Shown here: piece after piece, positions 38,757-49,251 of the stretch
Position numbering within the stretch: the first letter of the stretch is position 1
How the letters are laid out: each line of letters starts with the position of its first letter
Assembly (NCBI GenBank): GCA_037445065.1
Contig: JBBILD010000021.1
Location: 1-59,492, forward strand
Direction: 5' to 3'
From: Myxococcales bacterium
GTDB taxonomy: Bacteria; Desulfobacterota; Binatia; HRBIN30
Length of the DNA stretch: 59,492 nt
Made by a program: the position numbers and the translations under genes
Notes under the pieces: generated by a model
The model's database searches: none
The model's input: only the letters and a program-made list of their open reading frames with translations
Told to the model about the DNA's origin: nothing

Positions 38757-38898
38757 GGACTAACCTCCCTGGTTTGCCCGCCGCTTCATACGACCCTGCT
38801 CTTCCTTTTGCAACGCGGGCAGGACGACAAACCGCGTTTGCATCGCCTAGGGAGCTCGACTAGTAAACCGCGCCTGCCCACAGAGGAGGGCCCACAAC

Positions 38899-39678
38899 GT
38901 GCGGCGCGACAAAAGCAATTACGTGATTCAATCTGTTTCCCACGCGCTCGATGTCCTCGAACAGTTCACGGGCAGCCAGGACGAACTCGGGGTGACGGAA
39001 CTCAGCAAACGGCTCAAGCTCCATAAAAACAACGTTTTCCGGTTGCTGGCTACACTGGAGGCCCGGGGGTACATCGAGCAAAACAAACAAACGGAAAATT
39101 ATCGTCTCGGAGTTCGGTGCCTTTACCTCGGCCAGCGTTACCTGAGCCAACTCGGGCTGGTCCGGCAGGCGCGGCCGGTTCTCCGCCAACTGGCGCGCGA
39201 GAGCGGGGAGACGGCGATGCTCGTCGTCTTTCGCAACGGCCAAGCGGTCCCGATCGAGGCCAGCGATGGCGAGCAGCCTGTGCGCGTAGTGGCCCGGGTC
39301 GGCGAGCCAGCGCCGTTGCATGCCACCGCGGCCGGAAAGATCGCTCTCGCCTTCTCGGACCCGTCGTTACGCGAGAACTTGCCAGACGTTCTGCAGGGCG
39401 GCACCAGCCGTACGATAACCACCAAGGCAGCGCTCTTCGCGCAAGTCGAGGAAGCGGCCCGGCTCGGGTACGCGCAAGAGGTGGGCGAACATATCGAGGA
39501 CGCGGCCTCGTTGGCTGTTCCGGTGCGGGATTACACCAGTAGTCTGGTGGCGGCCTTGGCGCTTTGGGTTCCCCTGCATCGTTTCGAAAACGAGCGGGTA
39601 GAACACAAACTCCTGCCCCTGCTGCGTGCCGCCGGTCAGAGCCTCTCGCAGCGACTTGGATACGCCACAGAAGGGTAA
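38899..39678 (+). CDS. IclR-family transcriptional regulator
   Basis: IQSV..ALD.LE, HTH (GVTELS...KNNVFRLLATL), PLHATAAGK. GTG start after GAGGAGG. Confidence 0.93.
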   Translation: MRRDKSNYVIQSVSHALDVLEQFTGSQDELGVTELSKRLKLHKNNVFRLLATLEARGYIEQNKQTENYRLGVRCLYLGQRYLSQLGLVRQARPVLRQLARESGETAMLVVFRNGQAVPIEASDGEQPVRVVARVGEPAPLHATAAGKIALAFSDPSLRENLPDVLQGGTSRTITTKAALFAQVEEAARLGYAQEVGEHIEDAASLAVPVRDYTSSLVAALALWVPLHRFENERVEHKLLPLLRAAGQSLSQRLGYATEG

Positions 39679-39736
39679 AACGGCGGGTGCAGGCCCGCTT
39701 CCTTGACCGATTTTTGCCCCTATGGTACCGGCGGTA

Positions 39737-39774
39737 GGTTCATCAGTTCGGATCGGTTCATCCATTCGGAACGG
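39737..39774 (+). promoter_or_regulatory. Tandem 18-bp direct repeat (candidate operator) just upstream of the etfB RBS
   Basis: GGTTCATCAGTTCGGATC followed by GGTTCATCCATTCGGAAC; TTGACC at 39703 lies upstream. Confidence 0.45.
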
Positions 39775-39786
39775 AGGAGGTACTCT

Positions 39787-40581
39787 GTGAAAGTCCTTGT
39801 CACTGTGAAACGTGTGCCCGACCCCAACGCGACCATTCGGGTCAAGCCCGATGGCACCGGGATCGTCACGGACAACTTGAAGTACGTGGTCAACCCCTTC
39901 GACGAAATCGCGATCGAGGAAGCCCTGCGCATCAAAGAAAAAGGCGGCGGAGCGGAAGTCGTGCTCGTGAGCATCGGCGCCAAGAGCGCCGCCGAGCAGT
40001 TGCGAACCGGCTTAGCCATGGGTGCCGACCGAGCCATCTTGGTGGTCGCGGAGCACGACCTCGATCCGCTGGCGGTTGCCCGCGTGTTGCGCAAGCTGGT
40101 CGAGCAGGAAAAGCCGGATATCGTGCTTATGGGCAAGCAGGCCATTGACGACGACGCGAACCAAACCGGGCAGATGCTCGCCGCTTTGCTCGACTGGCCG
40201 CAGGCCACCTTCGCATCGAAGAAAGAGAGCCTCGAGTCCGAGGCAGAAAAGAATGGCCTGCCGGGTATTCAACTTGGTAACGGGCGCGCGACCGTCGTGC
40301 GCGAGGTAGACGGTGGCCTCGAGACCCTGGAACTCCCCCTGCCTGCGGTGATCACCGTGGACCTGCGCTTGAACGTTCCTCGCTACGCTTCACTGCCCGG
40401 CATCATGAAAGCGCGCAAGAAAGAACTCAAAGAGATCCCCATTGCCGAGCTGGGAACGGACACAACCCCGCGTCTTCGCGTGCTGCGTTCCGACCCACCA
40501 CCCAAACGTCAGGCCGGACGGATTGTGGAGTCAGTACAGGAGCTGGTGCAGGTCTTGCATAACGAAGCCAAGGTCATCTGA
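39787..40581 (+). CDS. etfB: Electron transfer flavoprotein beta subunit
   Basis: VKRVPD, NPFDEIAIEEA, LAMGAD, GKQAIDDD, PRYASLPGIMKA. GTG start after GGAGGAGG. Confidence 0.96.
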   Translation: MKVLVTVKRVPDPNATIRVKPDGTGIVTDNLKYVVNPFDEIAIEEALRIKEKGGGAEVVLVSIGAKSAAEQLRTGLAMGADRAILVVAEHDLDPLAVARVLRKLVEQEKPDIVLMGKQAIDDDANQTGQMLAALLDWPQATFASKKESLESEAEKNGLPGIQLGNGRATVVREVDGGLETLELPLPAVITVDLRLNVPRYASLPGIMKARKKELKEIPIAELGTDTTPRLRVLRSDPPPKRQAGRIVESVQELVQVLHNEAKVI

Positions 40582-40602
40582 AGGCAAGGAGACAGGGAAA
40601 CC

Positions 40603-41577
40603 ATGGGAAACGTTTTAGTTTTTGCAGAGCATCACGGCGGCAAGCTGGCCAAGGCTGCCCTCATTTCTGTACAGGCGGGAAAACTCCTCGCAACACGCTC
40701 TGGCGTGGAGTGCCACGCCATTGTCTTGGGGAAGGGAATCGAACCGCTAGCCAACGAACTGGCCGAGTATGGAGTTGCAAAAGTGTACGCGGCCGAAGAC
40801 GGGGCCTTCGAGCACTACACGGCCGACGCCCATGCAGCGGCCTTGGCCCAGATCGTCAAGGAAAAGGGCTTCGAAACGTTGCTGGCCGCTTCGACGGCCG
40901 TAGGGAAGGACCTCCTGCCGCGTGTGGCTGGCTTGTTCGAAGTGGGCATGGCCAGCGACGTACTGCATTTTAACGACGATGGCACGATGACCCGCCCCAT
41001 GTACGCGGGAAACGTAATCGCCACCGTCAGTCTCGATTCGAATCCGCGTGTGATCAGCGTGCGTACCACCGCCTTCGACGCCGCCACCAAGGACGCGAGC
41101 AAAGGGTCTGTGGAGAAGATTTCAGTCTCTCTACCGGCCACCGCGACGCGCACGAAGTTCGTCGAGTTCAGTGAAACAAAGTCGGACCGCCCCTCCCTAA
41201 CCGACGCGCGCATCGTGGTTTCTGGAGGACGGGCGCTCAAGTCCGGCGAGAACTTCAAAACCATTCTGGAGCCGCTCTGCGACGTGCTCGGGGCCGCTAT
41301 GGGGGCCAGCCGAGCCGCGGTGGACGCTGGTTTCGTCCCCAACGACTTGCAGGTCGGCCAAACTGGTAAGGTTGTCGCTCCGGAACTCTATATCGCGGTA
41401 GGCATCTCGGGCGCCATTCAGCACCTGGCCGGCATGAAAGATTCGAAGATCATCGTCGCGATCAACAAGGACCCGGAGGCACCGATCTTTCAGGTAGCCG
41501 ACTACGGGCTGGTGGCGGACCTGTTCAAAGCTGTACCCGAACTCACCGAGGAAATCCGGAAGTTAAAGGCGAGCTGA
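40603..41577 (+). CDS. etfA: Electron transfer flavoprotein alpha subunit
   Basis: VVSGGR, GASRAAVDAG, QVGQTGK, GISGAIQHLAGMK. Confidence 0.97.
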   Translation: MGNVLVFAEHHGGKLAKAALISVQAGKLLATRSGVECHAIVLGKGIEPLANELAEYGVAKVYAAEDGAFEHYTADAHAAALAQIVKEKGFETLLAASTAVGKDLLPRVAGLFEVGMASDVLHFNDDGTMTRPMYAGNVIATVSLDSNPRVISVRTTAFDAATKDASKGSVEKISVSLPATATRTKFVEFSETKSDRPSLTDARIVVSGGRALKSGENFKTILEPLCDVLGAAMGASRAAVDAGFVPNDLQVGQTGKVVAPELYIAVGISGAIQHLAGMKDSKIIVAINKDPEAPIFQVADYGLVADLFKAVPELTEEIRKLKAS

Positions 41578-41605
41578 ATCGGCAGGGCGCACCGGCGGTT
41601 TGACG

Positions 41606-41647
41606 AAAAAGGGCGGCGGGAAGCATTCCTGCCGCCCTTTGCTTTTT
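41606..41647. terminator. Bidirectional intrinsic terminator between etfA and the convergent Fe-S gene
   Basis: AAAAAGGGCGGCGGG-loop-CCTGCCGCCCTTTGCTTTTT. Confidence 0.8.
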
Positions 41648-41661
41648 GGCAAAACGCGCGT

Positions 41662-43752
41662 TCAGGCGGAGGGTTGCATGCGCTCGGCAACAATTTCCAT
41701 CACGTCCAACGCCTGCACGGTTTCCTCGGCACCTTTCGCCTTCAAGCCGTCGTCCACCATGGTCATGCAGAACGGACAGGCCACCGCCACCGTTTGCGCT
41801 TTGGTGGCCAGCAATTGCTCCACACGGCGCAAGTTCACCCGCTTGTCCGGGTCCTCTTCCATCCACATGCGCCCGCCGCCCGCTCCACAGCACATACCGA
41901 AGCGCTTCGCACGTTCCGGTTCGGCTAGCCGTACCCCAGGGATGCTTTGCAAGATTTGCCGGGGCGCATCGTAAACGTCGTTGTAGCGCCCGAGGTAGCA
42001 GGAATCGTGATAGGTAACGGTGCGCGCGCCGTCCTGCCGGAACTGGACCCGGCCGTGCGCGATCAGGCGCTGGACAAACTCGGTCGCGTGCACCACCTCG
42101 TAGTTCCCACCGAACTGCGGATACTCGTTTTTGAGCGTGTTGAAGCAGTGCGGGCAATTGGTGATGATCTTCTTCACGTTATACCCGTTGAGCACCTCGA
42201 CGTTCATTTGCGCCATCGTCTGGAACAAATACTCGTTGCCGATCCGGCGCGCCGTTTCTCCGTTGCAAAGCTCTTCCTTGCCGAGGATCGCGAAGTCCAC
42301 CCCGGCCTGCTTGAGGATTTTGGCCACCGCCTGAGTGGTGCGTTTGGCGCGGTCGTCGAAGGCACCGGCGCAACCCACGTAGTACAGGTACTCCGCATCT
42401 GGCCTCTCCGCCAAGGTGGGAATCCCCAAACCCTGCGCCCACGCATCGCGCTGGGACGCATCCACGCCCCATGGGTTGCTCTGCGTTTCCATGGCCTTGA
42501 AGGTACGCGTGAGTTCGCTCGGAAAGCGCGATTCCTCCTGCACGAGGTGGCGGCGCATGTCTACGATTTTGTCCACGTACTCGATGAGCACGGGGCAAGC
42601 CTCCTCGCAGGCCCGGCACGTGGTGCAGGCCCATAACACTTCGTCCAAGATGAGCCGCTCGCCGACGACATTCTCCCCCGCGTTGGCGGTTTGCTCACCG
42701 GCACTAACCGCTGAGCTGGCAGGCGGCAGCTTCAGAACCTCATCCTCGTGCTCGTATAGGTAATCGCGCAGGTTGAGCAACAACTGGCGCGGCGCCAGCA
42801 ACTTGCCACTGTATGTTGCCGGGCAGTGCGACGAGCACCGACCGCACTCGGTACAGGAGTACATGTCCAGCACTTGCTTCCAGGTAAAGTGATTGATGTG
42901 GGAAGAACCAAAGCGCGTGGCATTCTCCAAATCCTGCTTACCGAGGGCACCACGCGGCGCGGTCTTTAGGAAGAACACGTTGGGCAATGAAGTGATGATG
43001 TGAAAGTGCTTGGAGCGCGGTAGCAAATTCATGAACACCAAGATCACGATGTTGTGGAGCCACCAGCCCAGGTCACTTAAGAACCTCGCCCCCTCCACGC
43101 CAAACCAAGCGAGCAGCCACTGGCCCACCGCGTGGCTGAATGGCTGCCAACCCGCCTCCGCTTGCACCTCGGGATTGGATCCGGCGTAAATCATCCTGCC
43201 ACCGTCGTACAGTTTCCCACCCACCATGATGCTGGCAATAAAGAGGAGGATCACATACGCTTCCCAGTGCGATTGCTTTGCCAACCGCTCCTCGGCAGGC
43301 AGGAATCCGTACAGGCGCTTCGGGTGGGTGATCGCCCAGCGTACGAGCAGCAGGCTGACGCAGATCAAAACGATCACCTCCATGACGTCCTTGAGGAAAA
43401 AGTACGGCCCGCCTAGCAATCCAGGGCTAAAGAGAGGAACGTAAAAATGCTCCGAATACGCCCGCCCGAACATGGTGAGCACCTGCATGGCCAAGATGAT
43501 GAAGCCCCAAAACACGAAGAAGTGGAGCCAGCCTGCCTTCCACTCGCTGATGGGGGAGGTTGGCGGGGGATCCGGACGGATGAATTTGAACTGGCCAAAC
43601 GCATACAACAACACCGCCTTGATCCGCTCGGGAATCTGATCGAAACGGTCGTCCGCTTGCACCCGAAGCAAGACGGCGAAGCGCCGGTACAAGGTGCGCC
43701 CCAGCACACCGAGGGCAGTAAGCAGCAAAACGCTGAAAATCAGCGCAGTCAT
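41662..43752 (-). CDS. Membrane Fe-S oxidoreductase (FadF/DUF224-type, probable ETF:quinone oxidoreductase)
   Basis: N-terminal TMs with His ligands (LHFF, LHN, KHFH); CTECGRC..CP and CTTCRAC...CP; two CCG domains (CPHC, HDSCYLGR, CCGAGG, CPFC). Confidence 0.9.
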   Translation of the reverse strand: MTALIFSVLLLTALGVLGRTLYRRFAVLLRVQADDRFDQIPERIKAVLLYAFGQFKFIRPDPPPTSPISEWKAGWLHFFVFWGFIILAMQVLTMFGRAYSEHFYVPLFSPGLLGGPYFFLKDVMEVIVLICVSLLLVRWAITHPKRLYGFLPAEERLAKQSHWEAYVILLFIASIMVGGKLYDGGRMIYAGSNPEVQAEAGWQPFSHAVGQWLLAWFGVEGARFLSDLGWWLHNIVILVFMNLLPRSKHFHIITSLPNVFFLKTAPRGALGKQDLENATRFGSSHINHFTWKQVLDMYSCTECGRCSSHCPATYSGKLLAPRQLLLNLRDYLYEHEDEVLKLPPASSAVSAGEQTANAGENVVGERLILDEVLWACTTCRACEEACPVLIEYVDKIVDMRRHLVQEESRFPSELTRTFKAMETQSNPWGVDASQRDAWAQGLGIPTLAERPDAEYLYYVGCAGAFDDRAKRTTQAVAKILKQAGVDFAILGKEELCNGETARRIGNEYLFQTMAQMNVEVLNGYNVKKIITNCPHCFNTLKNEYPQFGGNYEVVHATEFVQRLIAHGRVQFRQDGARTVTYHDSCYLGRYNDVYDAPRQILQSIPGVRLAEPERAKRFGMCCGAGGGRMWMEEDPDKRVNLRRVEQLLATKAQTVAVACPFCMTMVDDGLKAKGAEETVQALDVMEIVAERMQPSA

Positions 43753-43776
43753 ACGCAATCCTCCGTGTTCCTGCGG

Positions 43777-44283
43777 ATGGAAGGTGCGGCGAGTCCTAAG
43801 AGAATCCCTCTGCAAACGCAAGCGCGAGTCGCCCTCCGGATCCTCCCTGCCGCGTTATTGGCCTCTCTGATTCTCATCCTGGCCGTAGCCTGCGAGGCAC
43901 GGCCGGGGGTGACTCTTTACACCCAGCGCGGACCCGTGCGGGTGCTAGTGGAAATCGCCAACACCCCCGAGGCGCGTGCCCGCGGCCTCATGTATCGGAA
44001 GGAGCTACCGAGTAATGCTGGGATGCTGTTTGTGTTTCCCGAGGAAGACCAACTCGAGTTCTGGATGAAAAACACGCCACTCTCGCTCGATATGATTTTT
44101 ATTGGGGCCAACCTGGAAGTGGTCGGGATCGTGGAACGAGCCCAACCGTTCACCACCACGCCCCGCGGGCCCGGCGTGCCTGCCAAGTACGTCTTGGAAG
44201 TCAACGCAGGCTTTGCTGAGAAGCACGGTCTGCGGGTCGGCGATCGGGTGCAACTCGACGGCGTTCCAGCCGCCGTTCGGTGA
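43777..44283 (+). CDS. DUF192 family protein (probable lipoprotein; start uncertain)
   Basis: EIANT...RARGLM.R, GMLFVF, FWMKNT..SLDMIF, YVLEVNAG; lipobox AVAC. Confidence 0.88.
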   Translation: MEGAASPKRIPLQTQARVALRILPAALLASLILILAVACEARPGVTLYTQRGPVRVLVEIANTPEARARGLMYRKELPSNAGMLFVFPEEDQLEFWMKNTPLSLDMIFIGANLEVVGIVERAQPFTTTPRGPGVPAKYVLEVNAGFAEKHGLRVGDRVQLDGVPAAVR

Positions 44284-44480
44284 GCTGCACTTGCCGGCCT
44301 GAGTTTTCCTGGTAAAAGTACGCGTCCGCATGCTCCACGGAAGAGCGCAGGCACGTGCGCGACTCTCAAGGGCAGCGCTGCGCTGCGTGGGCTCCGTCTT
44401 TGCTGTAGGTGGGTTGCGCGCCCCTTCCCTGATCCGAGCCGGGCACGTCGGTCAGCAGGTGGAGGGAGAGGAGGAAGCCG

Positions 44481-46238
44481 ATGGCCATTGCCAGAGCTAA
44501 ATCGAAAGAGCCAAAAGCTCGTCGAGAGTCGGAATTGCTCCCCCCGACGTTAGAAAATCCGTTGGAAGAAACGCCCAGCACAGCGGCTGCTGAGACAGCG
44601 CCGGGGCTGTACGAGGAAGCGCTACAACAGGGCGAGGAGCTGCGCCGGCGGCCGTTCGTGGCCGCAGGCGTTTTGCAAGTGATCCGCCAGCACGCCAAAG
44701 GCCGGATGACGGTATGGGAGCGGATCGAGGTGCTGCAAGACCGTGGGGTTCAACCCATGATCCTGTACCAGAACTGGGGTCGTAACCTCGACGGCGCCTC
44801 GATCGTCACTGCGATTCTCAAAATCCGCGGGCGCGACGTGGCGCTTTACGGGCACGACTTCACGGTGCGTGCCGGATCCATGGACGCCACCAATGGGCGC
44901 AAGTTGGCAAACTTGATTTACCTGGCCGGGAATCGGGGCATCCCGCTGATCGGGATGAACGACAGCGCGGGCGCCTACGTGCCGGCCGGGGTCGGCGGCT
45001 TGGACGGCTACGCCGAAGCCTTTACTGCCCTGCGCAAGATCAGCGGCGTGGTGCCGAGCATCATGTGCATGTTCGGCTTCAACGCCGGCGGTGGTGCGTA
45101 CCTGCCCCGGCAAGGCAGCTTCATGATTCAGCCGGCCAACACGTTCTTCGGGCTCACCGGACCCGGAGTGGTCAAGAGCGCCCTGGGGGAAGACGTCACG
45201 CCCGACGAGTTGGGCGGGCCCAAGGTGCACGGGGCCAGTGGCGTTACCGACATCACCGTGGCAGACGAAGTCGCGGCCTTGCGCACCGCGCAGCGGCTCC
45301 TCAGTTACCTTCCCGACTCCAACAAAGTCGCCCCTCCTTACCAGCCGACCAGCGATCCGGTGGACCGCCGCACGGTGGAAATCGACACCCTGCTGCGCAA
45401 GGCGTTCAATTCACCCACTGGCTTCAACACCCCTTTCGATGTCTCCATTGTGATCCAACAGGTTTGCGATCACGGCGACTACTTCGAGCTTCAGCCCGAC
45501 CGTGCTCGCAACGCGATTACCGCTTTTGGCCGCCTCGGTGGGCATGTGGTCGGCTTTGTCGCCAATAACAGCGCGGTCGCCAGCGGCCAAATTGACATCG
45601 ATGCCGCGTACAAGATCGCGCGCTTTGTGCGTTTTTGCAGCATCTACAACATTCCGGTGATCTTCATGGAGGACACCACGGGCTTCCTCCCCGGCAAAGA
45701 CCAGGAAAGCCGCGGTATCGTCCAAGCCGGGCGCGCCATGCTGGATTCGATCATTGACTTGCGCACCCCGCGCATCTTGCTGATTTTGCGGAATGCGTTC
45801 GGCGGTGCTTACGCGGCTTTCAACTCTTACGCCACGGGAGCGGACGTGGTGCTCGCGTTGCCAACAACGCGGGTCGCGGTCATGGGTACCGCCGGAAAGG
45901 AGTACACGTACAAACGGGAACTCCAGCAAGTGCGAGCCGCAGCCGCAAAGATGGTAGAAGAAGGCACGCGCGCCAAAATCGAGGCGGGGGCAGACCCCGA
46001 TGAAGCGCGGCGGCAAGCACAACTCGAGGCAAACGAATGGCTCAAGGCACAAGAGACTGAATTTAACCGGCGCTACGAGCGAGAACTCATGAACCCGCGA
46101 GAGGCACTGAGCCTCGGGTCCATTTCAGAAATCGTCATGCCGACAGACTTGCGCTGGGTTCTGTGGCGCAACTTGAAGTTCCTGCTCGACCACTACGAGC
46201 CTGGCCCGTGGCAGTCTGTTCAAAGGGAGTTTCACTGA
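44481..46238 (+). CDS. Acyl-CoA carboxylase carboxyltransferase subunit
   Basis: [43 protein letters not shown]. Confidence 0.92.
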   Translation: MAIARAKSKEPKARRESELLPPTLENPLEETPSTAAAETAPGLYEEALQQGEELRRRPFVAAGVLQVIRQHAKGRMTVWERIEVLQDRGVQPMILYQNWGRNLDGASIVTAILKIRGRDVALYGHDFTVRAGSMDATNGRKLANLIYLAGNRGIPLIGMNDSAGAYVPAGVGGLDGYAEAFTALRKISGVVPSIMCMFGFNAGGGAYLPRQGSFMIQPANTFFGLTGPGVVKSALGEDVTPDELGGPKVHGASGVTDITVADEVAALRTAQRLLSYLPDSNKVAPPYQPTSDPVDRRTVEIDTLLRKAFNSPTGFNTPFDVSIVIQQVCDHGDYFELQPDRARNAITAFGRLGGHVVGFVANNSAVASGQIDIDAAYKIARFVRFCSIYNIPVIFMEDTTGFLPGKDQESRGIVQAGRAMLDSIIDLRTPRILLILRNAFGGAYAAFNSYATGADVVLALPTTRVAVMGTAGKEYTYKRELQQVRAAAAKMVEEGTRAKIEAGADPDEARRQAQLEANEWLKAQETEFNRRYERELMNPREALSLGSISEIVMPTDLRWVLWRNLKFLLDHYEPGPWQSVQREFH

Positions 46239-49069
46239 TGTACAGCCCCGCCATTCCGAGCCCAGAGTCATTCAACCCGCTCGTCCACCGGGACCGGCGA
46301 TTGAGCCAGGCTGTGTCGCCTTGGGTGCGCTCCTTCTCTTGCGAGGACATGCGCATTCTCATCGTGTGCCGGGGGCCCATCCGCAAAGAGGCCATCGATG
46401 TGTTCCGGGAAATGGGGGTCGAAAAGGTGGGAATGTTGCTGTCGGAGCGCGACAGCATCGTCTTCCCGCGTGCCCTCTCGCCGGAACTTCGCATCATGGA
46501 CCCGAAGTGCGTCCACCCAGTCCCCGACTACACAGGGGCCACAAAGGACGAGCGCGTTGAGCGGATCCGGCAAATCATCGAGATCTGCCGCGAGCATGGG
46601 TACGATTACATTTTCGCCGGATACGGCTTCATGGCGGAAGATGCGTACTTTGTGCGCTCCATCGAAGAAGCCGGACTCAAGTTCATTGGCCCTGGCTCGC
46701 ACGTGCAGCAAGCAGCCGGAGCCAAAGACGAAGCCAAGCGTACGGCGATCGCAAATCGGGTCTCCGTGACGCCGGGAGTCAACAACGTTACGGCGCGCTT
46801 ACTGTTGCGCAAGTATCCCGACCGCGAAGCGCTAGCGCGGGTGGTGCGGGAACACGGGCTCGAGGTGCCGCAAATTTGTTCCGCCAACGTTGAGCTCACC
46901 GATCTGGCGGAGGCGGTGCTCGCTGCTTCGTACCAAAAGCACATTGACCTCTACACCATTGACGAGCTCGCCGAGCAGGTACAGCGCGAAGCGGAGGAAC
47001 TGTTGCGCCAAAACCCCGGTCGCCGCTTTCGCCTGAAGGCAATTGGCGGCGGCGGGGGAAAGGGGCAACGGATCTTCTCCGACGCATCGGTGGTCCCCGG
47101 CCTCGTGCGGGAAGTCCTAGCCGAGGTCAAGGCCACGGGCGTGGGCGACAACAAAAACATTTTGATTGAACTCAACATCGAAAGCACCCGCCACAACGAG
47201 ATTCAGATGATCGGCAATGGGCATTGGTGCATCACACTCGGGGGGCGCGACTGCTCGCTGCAAATGCACGAGCAGAAGCTCGTCGAAATTTCGATCACGG
47301 AAGAGGGACTCCAGCAAGCGATCGCCGAGGCAAACGCTCGTGGAGACTCCCGCCGGGCGGAGATCCTGTCCACGGATCTCGAGGTGCTGCGCCGGATGGA
47401 GGCAGAGGCCGAACGCTTTGGCCTCGCCGTGGGTCTCGATTCGGCTTCCACCTTCGAGTGCATTGTGGAGGGAGACCGCCACTACTTCATGGAGGTCAAC
47501 ACCCGAATCCAAGTCGAGCACCGCGTCTCCGAGCTGTGTTACGCACTGCGCTTCGCCAACCCAGAAAATCCAAACGAGTTCTTCGACGTGCATTCGATTG
47601 TGGAGTGCATGGCGCTGATTGCGCGCCACAAAGAGCGCCTGCCCCGCCCGGTACGGGTACAACGTGAGATGGCAGCGATCGAAGCGCGCCTCAATGCAAC
47701 CGACCGTGCGCTGCAACCGGCCGCAGGCGGTGTGATTGTGTCGTGGTCCGAACCGATCCCTGGTGAGATTCGCGACGATCAAGGGATCTGCATCAAAAAT
47801 CCCGACACTGGCCTCTTTATGCGCTACCGCATCGCGGGCGCGTATGACTCCAACATTGCCTTGCTCTTGGCCACCGGGGAAAGCCGAGCTGCGAGTTTCG
47901 AGCGGTTGGCGGAAGTTTTGCGCTGCACGACCCTGCGGGGCATCGACTTGGCCACCAACCGCGAGTTTCTTTACGGGATCGTGGTTTGGTTCCTGTCTCG
48001 GGACGAGTGGGCGAAACCCACCACCAAGTTCGTCTTGCCTTACCTGACCGCGGTGGGGGAGCTTGCCGCTGAAGCGCGTACGATTGATTTGGACTTCGCA
48101 TTCGAGCGCATCGCCCAACACTTTGTTCACACCTACAGTGTGCTGTCGAAAGAGGCCGCGGCGGCCGCCCGAGAGGTCCTCGATCTGAAAGACACGCTGC
48201 TCAAGCGACCTATTGCAGCCCTCTTCGAGGAGCCGCACTTTCTTTCCGCCTGGCTGAGCCAGCACCGGCGCGACTTCGAGTTCGTGGGTGACCGCTTTCG
48301 CTGGCTGCGCAACCCGATCGACGTGCTGGCGGATACGTACCACCTGTTGCATCTCGACGACCGCCCCGACGAGCCAGCAGCGCACCGGATCTGGGATCAC
48401 GACCAGGCTTTGCTCGATAAGGCCCGCTCCTTTTACCGCAAGCTCATGGCTCGCCCTGGCACACCCAACGATTGGCCTGCGCTGGATGCGCTCTTGCGGC
48501 AACCGGAACCAGCCCTTGGCTTCGATCCCGCACTGTGGGCTCGCATCCGAGCGGCGCACGCAGGGTATCAGGCTGGCTTCGAGCTGCTCGCCTTGCTGCC
48601 CGCAATCGGACGCAAGACGGGATTCTACGACCTGCACCTGGCCGAAGACCTTACGGTTGTCATTCCGGAGCGACTGTTGGACCCGAAGCACCAGGAGGCG
48701 ATGCGTAAGGTGCTGGTGCCTCCCCCGGCGGCCGCTTCCGACGAAATCGTGGCCGCCATGGGAGGAACTCTCTATCACCAAGAGGCTCCGGGCCTGCCTC
48801 CTTTCGTGGAGAAGGGAAGTCACTTCGAAGCGGGGCAGCCGCTCTACATCATCGAAGTGATGAAGATGTTCAACAAAGTGTATGCCCCGTTTTCCGGCAC
48901 GATCCTCGAAGTTTTGGTTTCGGAAAGCGGCGTGGTGGTGCGGAAGGGGCAGCCCCTGTTCAAAGTGAAGCCCGACGAAGAAGTCGCTCACCTGCATCCG
49001 GCCGAGGAAGCCCGCCTTCGCCGCGAGGCCACAAATCGGTACCTCGACCCTCTTTTAGTTTCCGCCTGA
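46238..49069 (+). CDS. Biotin carboxylase fused to a biotin carrier domain (atypical, long)
   Basis: AGYGFMAE, KAIGGGGGKG, RDCSLQ, MEVNTRIQVEH, YDS, C-terminal EVMKM biotinylation motif. TGATG coupling. Confidence 0.92.
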   Translation: MYSPAIPSPESFNPLVHRDRRLSQAVSPWVRSFSCEDMRILIVCRGPIRKEAIDVFREMGVEKVGMLLSERDSIVFPRALSPELRIMDPKCVHPVPDYTGATKDERVERIRQIIEICREHGYDYIFAGYGFMAEDAYFVRSIEEAGLKFIGPGSHVQQAAGAKDEAKRTAIANRVSVTPGVNNVTARLLLRKYPDREALARVVREHGLEVPQICSANVELTDLAEAVLAASYQKHIDLYTIDELAEQVQREAEELLRQNPGRRFRLKAIGGGGGKGQRIFSDASVVPGLVREVLAEVKATGVGDNKNILIELNIESTRHNEIQMIGNGHWCITLGGRDCSLQMHEQKLVEISITEEGLQQAIAEANARGDSRRAEILSTDLEVLRRMEAEAERFGLAVGLDSASTFECIVEGDRHYFMEVNTRIQVEHRVSELCYALRFANPENPNEFFDVHSIVECMALIARHKERLPRPVRVQREMAAIEARLNATDRALQPAAGGVIVSWSEPIPGEIRDDQGICIKNPDTGLFMRYRIAGAYDSNIALLLATGESRAASFERLAEVLRCTTLRGIDLATNREFLYGIVVWFLSRDEWAKPTTKFVLPYLTAVGELAAEARTIDLDFAFERIAQHFVHTYSVLSKEAAAAAREVLDLKDTLLKRPIAALFEEPHFLSAWLSQHRRDFEFVGDRFRWLRNPIDVLADTYHLLHLDDRPDEPAAHRIWDHDQALLDKARSFYRKLMARPGTPNDWPALDALLRQPEPALGFDPALWARIRAAHAGYQAGFELLALLPAIGRKTGFYDLHLAEDLTVVIPERLLDPKHQEAMRKVLVPPPAAASDEIVAAMGGTLYHQEAPGLPPFVEKGSHFEAGQPLYIIEVMKMFNKVYAPFSGTILEVLVSESGVVVRKGQPLFKVKPDEEVAHLHPAEEARLRREATNRYLDPLLVSA

Positions 49070-49251
49070 AATGCGAATCGGTTCCGCCAGCCGCGGTGGT
49101 GCTTCCTGACGAGCGGTAAAACTGCCAGTAAGCACAGTTCGCGTCCGCACCCAGGTCGCTAACCGCAGGCTACCTAGCGCAGCGCCAGCGAAGGGCTCCT
49201 CACCCCTCCGCTTCGAGGAGGAGTATCGCACCGGCCACCTAGCCTGCGCGG

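Noticed and set aside
47117..48997. 626-aa minus-strand ORF and other long antisense ORFs (e.g. 52582-53988, 49936-51243, 9745-10950, 6666-7853)
   Set aside because: Shadow frames of well-supported genes in high-GC DNA, with no recognisable motifs.
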